Shown: positions 36,600 to 46,915, numbered from the stretch's first letter. The stretch is 64,000 nucleotides of DNA from an uncultured virus (IMG/VR IMGVR_UViG_3300009785_000018) (IMGVR_UViG_3300009785_000018), one strand, 5' to 3'. Notes: generated from the letters alone by a model not told the origin. Translations and numbers: made by a program.

Positions 36600-37001
36600 T
36601 TAGCCTAGTATTTTACTTAATATGTCTTCGTCTGCTCCCTTTAAGTCTTGCTCGTCAATCTCAATATACTTAAAATTATTAATATCGCACCAGTCTATTT
36701 TCTGCAGGTCTCTTTTTTGCGCTTCAAGATATCTCAATCTAGATCCATGCAGGAAGGCATTATATTGTTGATGCTGTAGTGGAGAAACTTCAATGACAGT
36801 TTTATCCGAAGCATTGAATAGATCTATCCTCAACTTGCTATTTGGAATGTAAAGTTCCTCGTAACAATCTGATGCAAACCAGTAATTTTTAACAATATCT
36901 TTTACCCTTTTTTGAGGATTTGATACTTTTCTATCCCAATCTATTTTATATTTTTTGAAAGATTTACTGACTTCCTTGCCAAATATATTTTTAATCTTCA
37001 A
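36600..37001 (-). CDS. DUF559/Vsr-like endonuclease (paralog)
   Basis: EELYIP, RIDL, IEVSPLQH, RD..K..WC..N. Confidence 0.75.
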   Translation of the reverse strand: MKIKNIFGKEVSKSFKKYKIDWDRKVSNPQKRVKDIVKNYWFASDCYEELYIPNSKLRIDLFNASDKTVIEVSPLQHQQYNAFLHGSRLRYLEAQKRDLQKIDWCDINNFKYIEIDEQDLKGADEDILSKILG

Positions 37002-38110
37002 GAAAGAAGCTTCTCAAATTTATTAAACATATAGTCCGTGAGATCACTGTTTTGCTCCAGCCATTCACGAAGCTTATCCATGCCTTGGATCGAAAACTCT
37101 TCATCCTCTTTATCAATAAAACCCTCTCCGATTAATTCTTTTGTTAAATTACTGCACATCTTCAACCAAGCACCTGCTTTAGTTAGCATTCCCCATTGAA
37201 GCATTAAATCTGCAATCTCATACTCTCTCCAAACAGAACCACCTTTACCATCCTGATCATATTTAATGGGATATTTAACGATACTAGTTTTTTCGTTATC
37301 GGTTTTAACGACGATTACTTTGGCCCAGTGACCCAGTGGATCGCTGACATCGCCAATAATATCTGATTTATATTTGGGTTCATATTGAAGGAAAATATTT
37401 GGATAGTGATCTAATGCATTACCTCCAGTTGCATTAGATAAAGATGGGTCTTGTTTTTCATATTGATTAATTTTAGGTCTAGCTCTAACTTGACCAATTA
37501 CGCCGAGAATGTGTCCAAATTTAGTCATTGCGAGTGTTACCCTACTAAGAAAGTCAGAAGTCATTACCGCGCCTCCAGCCACCTTCGTTGCTTCACTACT
37601 ACCCTTTTCCAGATCTGCCTTACTTTTAAGACCGTTAGTAGAGTCAATGACGAAAAAATATTTTTTATCAAGTGGGTTATTGCCCAGTAATTTTCTAATA
37701 GTATCAAAAACCAGTTCGTAAACATTGGACTCTAATACGAATACCGAACCATCAACCCAGTCTTCTGGATTATAAACAAATTTCAAGCCAGAACGTTTTT
37801 TGATTTTCTCACTCAAGCGACCTTCAGCGAGAACCCAGAATCCTCTTCCATCTGGCATGGCTTTTAAAAATTGTTTCAAGTTTTCAAGCATTTGAGATGT
37901 CTTTCCTCCTCTTGAGACGCCAACATGGCGAACAACTCCAGGGGTGATTTTCCCAACGTGTAAGTCTAAAAGTAAGCTTCCTTGACTTATTTCGTAATAA
38001 GTTGTTTTATAAAAGTTATAGTGATCTCCTTTGTTATCTTTAAGGGTTTGAGTCAACAACTCTTCTGGCGTTAAGCCTTCTGCTTTCTTTTTTGTTTTTT
38101 TTGTTGTCAT
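36998..38110 (-). CDS. recA: RecA/UvsX-like recombinase
   Basis: GVSRGGKTS, FVIDS, GQVR, TGGNAL.HY, KAGAW. Confidence 0.9.
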   Translation of the reverse strand: MTTKKTKKKAEGLTPEELLTQTLKDNKGDHYNFYKTTYYEISQGSLLLDLHVGKITPGVVRHVGVSRGGKTSQMLENLKQFLKAMPDGRGFWVLAEGRLSEKIKKRSGLKFVYNPEDWVDGSVFVLESNVYELVFDTIRKLLGNNPLDKKYFFVIDSTNGLKSKADLEKGSSEATKVAGGAVMTSDFLSRVTLAMTKFGHILGVIGQVRARPKINQYEKQDPSLSNATGGNALDHYPNIFLQYEPKYKSDIIGDVSDPLGHWAKVIVVKTDNEKTSIVKYPIKYDQDGKGGSVWREYEIADLMLQWGMLTKAGAWLKMCSNLTKELIGEGFIDKEDEEFSIQGMDKLREWLEQNSDLTDYMFNKFEKLLS

Positions 38111-38120
38111 AATTATATTT

Positions 38121-38714
38121 CTATTTTAAAAATCCGATTAAATTTTTCTTTTTATTGTTTGTATGTATATCATCGCCAATCTTGTTTTTTTCAAGCTTAA
38201 CTTCTTCCTTATAAATAGCAATGTCCTTTTCGGAATTATCCATTTTAAATTTCTCTTCTTTGCAAAACTTTAGACCATCTTCAGTAGTAAACCAGTGTAA
38301 AGAGTTCAGTTTAAAGGGTAAAGTTATATATCTAAACAACCTCTCTCCAAAAAGAGTGGTCATTCTAATATATGCTACCTTCTCGTTTCTAGAGTCTTCT
38401 TTTGTTACAACCCTGCTCTCTTTTAAAAACTTTGTAAGACAATACTCATAGCCGTCTTTCAAGTGCGATAGATCGACTTTAATTACGTTCTTAGGCCTCT
38501 TTATCTTCAGTCCATCCTCATAGTCTAGCTCTGCATTAAACTGGAATACATCCCCCTTTTTGGGCTTTAGATTTTTAATGCACTTTAGTTGTGAAAACAC
38601 ATATTTATCAGCCAAGGGCTCATAGTCCTCTGATATATCAGAAAAGATATAATTACCCTTTTTGCCAAATTCGCCAGATTCAAATCCCGTAGACTGAAAG
38701 ATTGCTCTAATCAT
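38121..38714 (-). CDS. hypothetical protein
   Basis: 197-aa ORF. Confidence 0.75.
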   Translation of the reverse strand: MIRAIFQSTGFESGEFGKKGNYIFSDISEDYEPLADKYVFSQLKCIKNLKPKKGDVFQFNAELDYEDGLKIKRPKNVIKVDLSHLKDGYEYCLTKFLKESRVVTKEDSRNEKVAYIRMTTLFGERLFRYITLPFKLNSLHWFTTEDGLKFCKEEKFKMDNSEKDIAIYKEEVKLEKNKIGDDIHTNNKKKNLIGFLK

Positions 38715-38722
38715 TAATAGGT

Positions 38723-39010
38723 TTATTTATTCTTAGACCAGCCTATTTCAGCGAGCTCTTGTTCAGTCCAAGAATGGATGTCAACATCTTCAGCGGTGAT
38801 GATAAAATGAGTGCTATCATCAATGTCAACTTTTAACCTCAGATCATCGAAAAGTTTTCGCATAGCGTTATACATCTCTTCGTTTTCTAAAACAGACTTC
38901 TGAATTTTAGCTACAATTAAAGAATTTGATCTATGCTTAGACAAATCAACCGCACTGTTGATCTCTATCATTGATGGCTCTTCGTTATTTTTTAATACTT
39001 TATCTTTCAT
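38723..39010 (-). CDS. hypothetical protein
   Basis: Start revised to ATG 39010, 7 nt after TTGACA-N17-TATATT. Confidence 0.7.
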   Translation of the reverse strand: MKDKVLKNNEEPSMIEINSAVDLSKHRSNSLIVAKIQKSVLENEEMYNAMRKLFDDLRLKVDIDDSTHFIITAEDVDIHSWTEQELAEIGWSKNK

Positions 39011-39048
39011 ACAAACCAATATACCATAAGATATATTGATTGTCAAGA

Positions 39049-39813
39049 TTAAATATTTAGCAACTTAAAATAATAATCATAATATTCTGTAATATTTTCT
39101 ATATTATCTCTTGTCTCGTCGTTTTCTATTAAATTATTAAATATGTCTTTGTCAGCACACCATTTTCTACCAGTCCAAAACTCAAAACCAGGAAATGAGC
39201 TTTTATATTTGGCGTGACTTTCATAACTTGGACCTATATAAAGATATTTTAGATTTAAATCTTTGGCCAATGAGATTTCTCTGTATGTAGAGAATCTGCC
39301 TAAACCCAGAGTTGGATCAGCGTAATCCCAGCAAAATTGGTGAGCTATAAGACTTCTACCAACTATTTCAGTAGTGGTAAAGGCTACATCTCCATATAGT
39401 ATATAGATATCACTGTTAGTATTATAAACATTATAAAAATCTTCTTCTGATAAAATATGAGTAAATTTTTTGTATGTTACATATTTTAAATAAATTTTGT
39501 ATAATTTTTCAAAATCAGGGGTTTTTGTAACCTCTATTTTAATATTGCTTTTTTCTACCCTTTTCCAGCATTTAGTCTCTTTATTTACTTTTTTATGCTT
39601 GCTTATATCTAATCTAGCCTGACGACTCTGATACCAAATTATTTTATTATCTTTTAAGAAATTAGTATCTTGGTTATACCATATGTTTGAAGGACACCAA
39701 CCCTTGTCTAAAGCTTCTTGCTCTTCACCCTTTTCAACTGTTGCACTTACTAAACAATGTAAAAAATCATAATCTGCTTGCTTGCCACAAATATGATCAA
39801 AATATAATTCCAT
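39049..39813 (-). CDS. aminoacyl-tRNA-protein transferase (ATE1/Bpt family)
   Basis: L..GW...R..R; Y.KY...K; WDY....LG.FS...EI..AK...LKYLYIG.....YK. Confidence 0.75.
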   Translation of the reverse strand: MELYFDHICGKQADYDFLHCLVSATVEKGEEQEALDKGWCPSNIWYNQDTNFLKDNKIIWYQSRQARLDISKHKKVNKETKCWKRVEKSNIKIEVTKTPDFEKLYKIYLKYVTYKKFTHILSEEDFYNVYNTNSDIYILYGDVAFTTTEIVGRSLIAHQFCWDYADPTLGLGRFSTYREISLAKDLNLKYLYIGPSYESHAKYKSSFPGFEFWTGRKWCADKDIFNNLIENDETRDNIENITEYYDYYFKLLNI

Positions 39814-40454
39814 TATTCCGAATCTGTATAGTCCAAGTCGGTGAACTCAGTCATAAAGGAATTGTCGGTGTACTTCACCCTTTTATTTTCTACGCTATAG
39901 AAGTTCTGATCTATTTGATATCCAGGATTAGATGTTAATGGCTTCTCGACCCAAGCATCGTCGTGCCAAATAATTCTATTGTTAGGATAAGCATAGAAAT
40001 TTCCATTCTCCATTTTAAATAAATGAGCACATTTATGTTCTGGATGTTCTGAGAAGTTCGTGTCCAATATCGCTTTGTTTTCCCATCCCCAATCTATTGT
40101 AAACATATATTCCCCCCATTCTCTTTTGTTAGAAGGGGTTATAAGTATGGCTCTAAGGCCTTTCAATCTACTTCTTATGCCTACGTCTACATACGGAGAG
40201 AAACAATCCCAGTACATTGTTTCTTCAAGTGGTACAGGATCGCACTCTTTCCAACATAAAGCCGTTATTGGCCTTCTTGTCCAGTTTACACCGTTATCTA
40301 AATAACACTCAAACAAGGGGACTCTTTTTTCCAATGAAGTAACAGAATGTACATCGCATGATGTATATTCTTTATGACCCTTTTCATGATTAAAAAGATA
40401 CTCGTTTCTTATAAAACAAGTAAAGGTTGGCAAATTATGAGTCAAATAAGACAT
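39813..40454 (-). CDS. conserved phage hypothetical protein
   Basis: WDCFS, GEY.FTIDW, EHKCAH, GNF.AYPNNR. Confidence 0.8.
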   Translation of the reverse strand: MSYLTHNLPTFTCFIRNEYLFNHEKGHKEYTSCDVHSVTSLEKRVPLFECYLDNGVNWTRRPITALCWKECDPVPLEETMYWDCFSPYVDVGIRSRLKGLRAILITPSNKREWGEYMFTIDWGWENKAILDTNFSEHPEHKCAHLFKMENGNFYAYPNNRIIWHDDAWVEKPLTSNPGYQIDQNFYSVENKRVKYTDNSFMTEFTDLDYTDSE

Positions 40455-40455
40455 A

Positions 40456-41505
40456 TTAACTGTTAATCAGTTTAATATCGTTATCTACCATTTTCTTTAC
40501 TAACTCTTCGAAATTAATCTTTGGTTCCCATCCTAGATCCTTTTTAATTTTTGCATAACTACCATGTAGCTTGGTAACTTCGAAGGGGCGATAAAATTTT
40601 GGATTTATAGTAACCAGATCGACTTGTTTCGCGTGATAACAAGAGGAAGACATAGTATATTTTTCTAGCTCTTTCTCGCCTTCCCAAAGTCCCTTGATTC
40701 CAGCCACTTCAAATGCTTTTTCGACAAATTCTCTAACGCTGTGGCACTCACCACTAGATAATACGTATTCTTTTGGAGAACCATCTTGGTTTAACATCAT
40801 CCAAATTCCACGAACAAAATCTTCGGCATCAGACCAGTCTCTTTCACTATCTAAAAAGCCTATTTCCATTGGCTTAGGAACATTTCCTTCATCTAATTCT
40901 TTTTTTATTCTAGCTACATTAGTTGTAATCTTGCGAGACACAAAACACTCGTTTCTGCGAACACCCTCATGATTAAATAAGATACCATGAATAGCATATA
41001 AGTTATAAGAATTTCTATAAACTCTAACCAATTGCTCTGCAGCTATTTTCGCTGCTCCATACGGTGACTTAGCAGTTCTTTTGTGATTTTCGTCTTGAGG
41101 AACATAATCTACTTCGGATAGTTGTTCACTTGTTCCTGCCGAATAAAAACGACATTTTGGTTGATGAAGCCTAATGGCCTCCAAACAATACAAAACTCCG
41201 TTAGCGTCTATTTCAAATGTTGATACTGGAGAATTCCAACTTTCAGCAACAAAAGACATCGCGGCTAAATTGATAAAATAATCTGGCTGTATGCTTTGGA
41301 CTATGTGACATATACAAGAAAAATCTGTAATATCTCCAGTAACCAAATGAAAATTCTTATTATCTAGATTATGGGCATAATTTCGATCATTTGTTGAAGC
41401 AGAGTGCCTGACCAGTCCATATACCTCGTGACCCAATCCTAAAAGATAGTCTGCCATTAACGATCCGTCTTGACCGCTTACACCTGTAATTAAAATCTTT
41501 TTCAT
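40456..41505 (-). CDS. gmd: GDP-mannose 4,6-dehydratase
   Basis: ITGVSGQDGS, NLAAMSFV..S, SPYGAAK, GILFNHE, FVSRKIT, RDW. Confidence 0.95.
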   Translation of the reverse strand: MKKILITGVSGQDGSLMADYLLGLGHEVYGLVRHSASTNDRNYAHNLDNKNFHLVTGDITDFSCICHIVQSIQPDYFINLAAMSFVAESWNSPVSTFEIDANGVLYCLEAIRLHQPKCRFYSAGTSEQLSEVDYVPQDENHKRTAKSPYGAAKIAAEQLVRVYRNSYNLYAIHGILFNHEGVRRNECFVSRKITTNVARIKKELDEGNVPKPMEIGFLDSERDWSDAEDFVRGIWMMLNQDGSPKEYVLSSGECHSVREFVEKAFEVAGIKGLWEGEKELEKYTMSSSCYHAKQVDLVTINPKFYRPFEVTKLHGSYAKIKKDLGWEPKINFEELVKKMVDNDIKLINS

Positions 41506-41557
41506 GCCCTATTCTAGGCATAAAGAATTATTTTTCAACTATTGTTTTCAAAAAAGA

Positions 41558-41890
41558 TTAAGAGTCGTCTTCGTCTTCCCAGTCATCTTCATCTAGATCT
41601 TCGTCGTCTAGATCTTCTTCTGTATCATTTACGATCTCTTCTTTAAGATCATATACAGATTTCGCTATTTTTTTTTCTGGGATTTCAACTTCCTCACCAG
41701 ATTTAGATGACCCATCTATATCAAAAGGTACAAAGTTATTAACAATCAAAAACTTAACGGCATCTTCTTGAGAGGTAAAATCTCTAGTAAGTACCATTCC
41801 ATTAAAATTAAAAGTAGTTTTTTCGCCGTCGCAAGAAGCTGAATATTTTCCTCTTCCTTTTTTATCTGTACCTGTTTTTTCCCATTTCAT
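41558..41890 (-). CDS. hypothetical protein with acidic tail
   Basis: TGTAATA 6 nt before ATG; D/E-rich C-terminus. Confidence 0.7.
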   Translation of the reverse strand: MKWEKTGTDKKGRGKYSASCDGEKTTFNFNGMVLTRDFTSQEDAVKFLIVNNFVPFDIDGSSKSGEEVEIPEKKIAKSVYDLKEEIVNDTEEDLDDEDLDEDDWEDEDDS

Positions 41891-41942
41891 AAGTTATATT
41901 ACAACAAGGCTAAAGAAATGAGAAAAATAAAATCTATTTTAG

Positions 41943-42257
41943 TTACTTTTTTATCAAAGTTCCTAAATTTCTTATATTTTCTTCTGTTTTTTCAAAGGAA
42001 CTAGAATATTCCTGAAGCCAATTAAATAAAGTTTCTGGGCTTCTAGATGCTTTAAGTTTTTTAAAATAAAACTTTGTTTCTTTTTTATCCTTCAAATACA
42101 AAGAGTATGCATCCAAAACTTTATCATTTTCAAATCTTTTGCTAGATCTCCATCTATGATTTCTTAAAGCAGAAGTAGCAGATTCTTCTACTAAGTCAAA
42201 GTTATTCTGTATGTCCTTGAATAGCTTAGATTTGATGTCTTTAATTTCTTGATTCAA
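41943..42257 (-). CDS. hypothetical protein
   Basis: 104-aa ORF. Confidence 0.65.
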   Translation of the reverse strand: MNQEIKDIKSKLFKDIQNNFDLVEESATSALRNHRWRSSKRFENDKVLDAYSLYLKDKKETKFYFKKLKASRSPETLFNWLQEYSSSFEKTEENIRNLGTLIKK

Positions 42258-42642
42258 CTTCTCTTAATCTATTTTCGTTTTCTTTTATATCTTGTTCTAT
42301 ATCGCCTACTGTTTTCTTTAAATAAGCCATGTCAGATGAAATCTGAGTTTGAAAAACAATTGTAGATTCCCTCATTTTTTGAAACTCATCGAATAGTTTT
42401 TCTTGATAATTGTTACTTTTTATTTTAATTTCAAGAAGATCTTCTTTTATTTTCTTATCTTCAATGAGGATTTTAGCTTGGACGATGTCAACGGCTTCCT
42501 TAACTTGTTGGGCAACATACAAGGGTGATGCCACTTTTGTATGCCAGTGTCCAATCAAAACAGTGCCAAGCCAAGTTAAAACAGCTATGGTAACAACACC
42601 AATCATCCTACCAAAATTTGTGTGAAATAATTTTTCTATCAT
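42241..42642 (-). CDS. membrane-anchored coiled-coil protein
   Basis: N-terminal TM helix plus coiled coil; TGTAAATA 6 nt before ATG. Confidence 0.7.
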   Translation of the reverse strand: MIEKLFHTNFGRMIGVVTIAVLTWLGTVLIGHWHTKVASPLYVAQQVKEAVDIVQAKILIEDKKIKEDLLEIKIKSNNYQEKLFDEFQKMRESTIVFQTQISSDMAYLKKTVGDIEQDIKENENRLREVESRN

Positions 42643-42713
42643 AACATTTATTTACATAAAAAAAAGCTTTTCTGCCATAGTACTTATTTACATTAAATTT
42701 TAAAAATAGTGAA

Positions 42714-44366
42714 TTAGCCCTCGCAAGAAGTACAGTTCATAATGTTGCGAGACAATTCTTGTGAGGGATTAGAACTTCTTTGATAATATAAAGTTTTAAC
42801 ACCCATTTCGTGAGCCAAAATCATCAAGTCACTTACTTCTTTTGGTTTAGCTGATGAAGGAACCATAACATTTAGAGATTGAGCTTGATCAATAAATTTT
42901 TGACGGTTAGCCGCCTGAATAATAATTTCTTTTTGAGATATCTCTCCAAAAGTTTTATAAACACTCTTTTCTTTTTCACTTAGAATGTCTAGATGCTGGA
43001 CAGATCCGCCGTGTGTTAATATAGATCTCCAAACCTTTGCAGTATTTTCACCTTTTTCTTCAAGAAGTTTCAACAAGAATGGGTTTTTGTATGTAAAATT
43101 TCCTTTGGCTAGCTTTTTTACAAAATAATTACTATTTAAGGGCTCTATAGAAGGAGATACTTGTCCTAAAATAAAGCTTGAGGAGGTTGTTGGTGCGACC
43201 GCATTAGTATGGCTGTTACGCATACCAAAACCCTTTAAACCCTCAGGTTCTCCATATTTTTTAGCCAAATCCATAGAGGCTTTGTGGCTCTTTTTTTGAA
43301 TTTCTTCGAAAATTTGATTATTTTTTAACTTTGCCTCAAAGCTTTCAAACGGAATGTTTTTATACTGTAGGTAGGAGTGCCAACCCAATACGCCTGAGCC
43401 AAGCATTCTGTATTTTTTCGCAAAATTATGTGCGGTTTCCATATATCGAACTCCCTCGCTCTTCTGAATGAACTCTTCGTTTACAGCGTCTAAAAAATAA
43501 ATTAAAGTTTCAATAGCGTCGGTTTTAACTATTTCGTCCCAATGCAGTAAATTTAAAGAAGATAATACACATACAAAAGAATTATCACTATCGCTGACAC
43601 CCGTTATCTCCGAGCACAAGTTGGAAGCGTTAACCTTTATGTTCTTATCTTTGTAACATTCTGGGTTTGAGTTGTTTACCGTATCGGTAAAAAACAAATA
43701 TGGGTATCCACTTTCAAACCTTTTTTTAATAATTTTTCCCCAAATTTTTCTCTTATTCTTATCGCCACTCTTCATTGAATCCATCCAATCGTCAGTTATT
43801 GTAACCCCAATACTCATGTTTTGGATAGGATTACCATCTTCTCTGATCAGAAGAAACTCTTCAATATCTTTGTGCTCTACGGGTAGGTAGGCCGCAAAAG
43901 AACCCCTTCTTTGACTGCCCTGACTAATAACATCAGCAGTTTTGTCGAAAAGTTCCATGAACCTTACAGCACCATCGGACTGACCGCCTTCCCCATTTTG
44001 AATTAAAGACCCTCTAGGTCTTAGATCTCCAAAATAGCCAGATGTGCCTCCTCCCATTTTAGACATAATACCTACCTCTCCGATCTTATCAAAGATACCA
44101 GCAGTTTCGTCAGGTATATATGAATTAAAGCAACTAACAGAAAATCCTTTTTCATTACCAAAATTAGAAACAATGGGGGAAGCTAAAGAATAAAAACCTC
44201 TACCTAAGTAATCTTCAAATTTCTCAGCGAACCCTTTAATCTTAAGTATTTTTTCTGCATTTTCAGCAATCTCTTTATATCTATCTTCTGGTTCTTGCCC
44301 CTTTTTTAAATAACCTCTTTTAAGGAATGTTTTAGAATCTTCGTTCAGCCAGTAATATTTCTTCAT
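42714..44366 (-). CDS. nrdA: ribonucleotide reductase class I alpha subunit (short, no ATP cone)
   Basis: SCF, GGG, SNLCSEI, APTTSSS, KTLYY, C-terminal CTSCEG. Confidence 0.95.
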   Translation of the reverse strand: MKKYYWLNEDSKTFLKRGYLKKGQEPEDRYKEIAENAEKILKIKGFAEKFEDYLGRGFYSLASPIVSNFGNEKGFSVSCFNSYIPDETAGIFDKIGEVGIMSKMGGGTSGYFGDLRPRGSLIQNGEGGQSDGAVRFMELFDKTADVISQGSQRRGSFAAYLPVEHKDIEEFLLIREDGNPIQNMSIGVTITDDWMDSMKSGDKNKRKIWGKIIKKRFESGYPYLFFTDTVNNSNPECYKDKNIKVNASNLCSEITGVSDSDNSFVCVLSSLNLLHWDEIVKTDAIETLIYFLDAVNEEFIQKSEGVRYMETAHNFAKKYRMLGSGVLGWHSYLQYKNIPFESFEAKLKNNQIFEEIQKKSHKASMDLAKKYGEPEGLKGFGMRNSHTNAVAPTTSSSFILGQVSPSIEPLNSNYFVKKLAKGNFTYKNPFLLKLLEEKGENTAKVWRSILTHGGSVQHLDILSEKEKSVYKTFGEISQKEIIIQAANRQKFIDQAQSLNVMVPSSAKPKEVSDLMILAHEMGVKTLYYQRSSNPSQELSRNIMNCTSCEG

Positions 44367-44459
44367 AGTTTGGTTATTTTTGTATCTTTTTTTTATATTT
44401 TAATTTTTGAAAATTTCCTTATTAAATTCTCATGAATGTATTTCCCTAATTTGTTTTTT

Positions 44460-45440
44460 TTAAAACAAATCTCCTTCGTCGAAGCTTTTATTGTTCTTGG
44501 CATATTCAACTGGTCTAGAATTAAAGAAGTCGGTCATCGCATTTCCTAATACTTCTTCATCAAACCAAGTGGTTTTTTCAAGTAATTTTTCATCAACTTC
44601 AAATTTCTTTTTATATCCAATTTGATCTAGGGACTCATTGATCCTTTGTTTTATAAATTCTTTTAAGAGTGGTGCAGACAGACTATCCTCGTCGACTCCA
44701 TTTACCATCCAGTCTACAATTTTTGATTCACACCTGAACGCTTCTTCGGCTTCTTGTAATATTCTTTCTTCAAGATCATCATCAAAAAGTTCTGGCATCT
44801 CATTACGGATTGTATTCACTAACTTAATCCCAACTTTTGAATGAATATCCTCTTCCAATACTGTATATGCGGTCATTTGTCTAGTATCTTTGAGGTAATT
44901 TTTTCTACCAAACCAGTTGATGATATAAAATTGACTAAAAAGACTTACGTTTTCAACAAATAATGTAAATAGAATTAAGGCATAAACAAACTGTTTCTTA
45001 CTGTCTTTGTAGTATCTGTGAGTATATTTTTTAAGATACTTCACTCTTCCCTGAATCCATTCTAGCTTCAAGTTTTCTTCAAAAACATCTTGCATGTCTA
45101 GCACATCTAAAAGCCTTTCGTAGGCATCATTATGAATAACCTCAATATTAGCCATAACATACCCCATATCTTGAATTGATGGATGGGGGAGATTGTCTCC
45201 CAATTTAGCCCAAAAAGTTTTGACCGCTATTTCTATCTGCCCAATAGCCGATAAAGCTCTAATTATGATCTGTTTTTCTTGATCGGTTAGTTTGGTTTTG
45301 AAGTCTTGGATGTCTGATGAGAAATTGAATTCTCTGTGAGTCCAGTGTCCATCGTGCATGACATCAATAAATTTGTCAGTCCAAGGGTACTGATTTGGCT
45401 TTCTGCTAATCTGTTCTTCGAAAATTGTTTTGTTATTCAT
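44460..45440 (-). CDS. nrdB: ribonucleotide reductase class I beta subunit
   Basis: E..H..AY, E...LFSQF, EE..H, DFF. Confidence 0.95.
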   Translation of the reverse strand: MNNKTIFEEQISRKPNQYPWTDKFIDVMHDGHWTHREFNFSSDIQDFKTKLTDQEKQIIIRALSAIGQIEIAVKTFWAKLGDNLPHPSIQDMGYVMANIEVIHNDAYERLLDVLDMQDVFEENLKLEWIQGRVKYLKKYTHRYYKDSKKQFVYALILFTLFVENVSLFSQFYIINWFGRKNYLKDTRQMTAYTVLEEDIHSKVGIKLVNTIRNEMPELFDDDLEERILQEAEEAFRCESKIVDWMVNGVDEDSLSAPLLKEFIKQRINESLDQIGYKKKFEVDEKLLEKTTWFDEEVLGNAMTDFFNSRPVEYAKNNKSFDEGDLF

Positions 45441-45512
45441 AGGTAAGCTACTATTACATTTTTTTGTTAAACCTTAAAAAAGTATAACATAACTAATGAC
45501 AAAGTCAATATT

Positions 45513-45920
45513 TTAGTGTAGAGATTCTGGAGATTTTGTATCTTTTTCTATTAAGCCATTATCCAAGACTCTGTAAGCCTTGCCGATGATCTGATTAGGC
45601 ATGACTGTTGAGTCTTTTATTTCGTTTTTTAGACCCTTTGTTTCAAAAGCTACTGTTTTATTTTGCGCCCTAATAATGCTAGTGATTGGATGTAAAATTC
45701 TATTTCCATCTCTTTCAAAAACAATAAAATCACCCACAACGAGACTTTTTATGTCAACCTTTTTTACGAAAACTTTTTCGCCAAAAAAATTTCCATTACT
45801 TTCCCCGGTAGTAGCATAGTAGTTTAAATTATTATCATTATCATCATTATGATACAATAATAACCAACATACTGGCAACAAAAATGCAACTATTAATAAA
45901 AATTTTAAAGATGTCTTCAC
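45513..45920 (-). CDS. S26-like membrane protein (degenerate)
   Basis: TM helix; L.VGD.IVF, ILHPI, TKG..N...D, IIGK; lacks GSM.P. Confidence 0.6.
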   Translation of the reverse strand: MKTSLKFLLIVAFLLPVCWLLLYHNDDNDNNLNYYATTGESNGNFFGEKVFVKKVDIKSLVVGDFIVFERDGNRILHPITSIIRAQNKTVAFETKGLKNEIKDSTVMPNQIIGKAYRVLDNGLIEKDTKSPESLH

Positions 45921-45969
45921 ACTAAGTATTACACTTAGGATGAGACTTCAAAGAAAGTTTTTATCTTTT

Positions 45970-46158
45970 TTAGCTAACACTAGATGTAAAAATCTTAATA
46001 CCGTGCTCATCTTCATAAATATGCTCTTTGGGCTCTAAAACTGGATAATCAAGAAATTTTGCATGACCATCCTCGTCTTTACCTCGATATACCGAGTAAT
46101 CAATAAATCTTTGTTCAGTATTTCCATCAACGTTAACTTCCATTTGTTCCTTTTTCAT
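45970..46158 (-). CDS. hypothetical protein
   Basis: 62-aa ORF. Confidence 0.55.
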   Translation of the reverse strand: MKKEQMEVNVDGNTEQRFIDYSVYRGKDEDGHAKFLDYPVLEPKEHIYEDEHGIKIFTSSVS

Positions 46159-46915
46159 TATATATTATTTTTGGTTTTATTTGATTTGTTTGAATGTAAT
46201 AATCTTCGTTTAATTTTATTTGATTGTCCTCCCATTTATAAGAACAACCATGATTATGTACGTTTTGATACTCTATCTTTAAGCGATTTCTTTCTGTATT
46301 AGTCCAAGTAAAGTGAGGAACCCATGCTATTGAAGCAGGTATGGTTTTACTCGCTAAAATTTTATAATTTATTGGTTGTTGATTATCGTCAACATAAATG
46401 AGGTCATTGTCAAAATAAAAATGAGAAATATTTATTTTTTTTACCTTGGTTTTGAATATTCTAGGTGGAGCAAAGGGTTCTTCGAGGTAACCGTTTCCAA
46501 CGAAATTCTTATAACTAATAGACCACCAATCAATAAATTCAGATTTTTGCACATAGCTTAAAATATCTTCTAAATGAGATTTACTAAATTTCTCATCAGA
46601 ATCAATTAAGAATATTAGATCACAATCTTCTTCTATAAGTGGCTTTAACGCCAGGTTTCTAGCTTCAGCATCTGTAATATATTTTGGCTCACTAACCAAA
46701 TAATCAATATCATTAATACGTAATTTTTCCCTTAGTAGATCGGTAGTACTATCATATTCTATTTGCTTGTTTTTGTATTCAAGAAATGGAACCGAGACGG
46801 CACTAATAATGTGACCGTTCTCCTTACAAAAAGGAACAAGATCTTGCAAACATCCATCAAGAAATTCTTCTTGATTAAAAGCGCATAACATAAAACCTAC
46901 CTTCATCAATCTCAT
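46133..46915 (-). CDS. glycosyltransferase family 2 (GT-A)
   Basis: N.EEFL..CL, RN.AL, LIDSDE. Confidence 0.75.
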   Translation of the reverse strand: MRLMKVGFMLCAFNQEEFLDGCLQDLVPFCKENGHIISAVSVPFLEYKNKQIEYDSTTDLLREKLRINDIDYLVSEPKYITDAEARNLALKPLIEEDCDLIFLIDSDEKFSKSHLEDILSYVQKSEFIDWWSISYKNFVGNGYLEEPFAPPRIFKTKVKKINISHFYFDNDLIYVDDNQQPINYKILASKTIPASIAWVPHFTWTNTERNRLKIEYQNVHNHGCSYKWEDNQIKLNEDYYIQTNQIKPKIIYNEKGTNGS

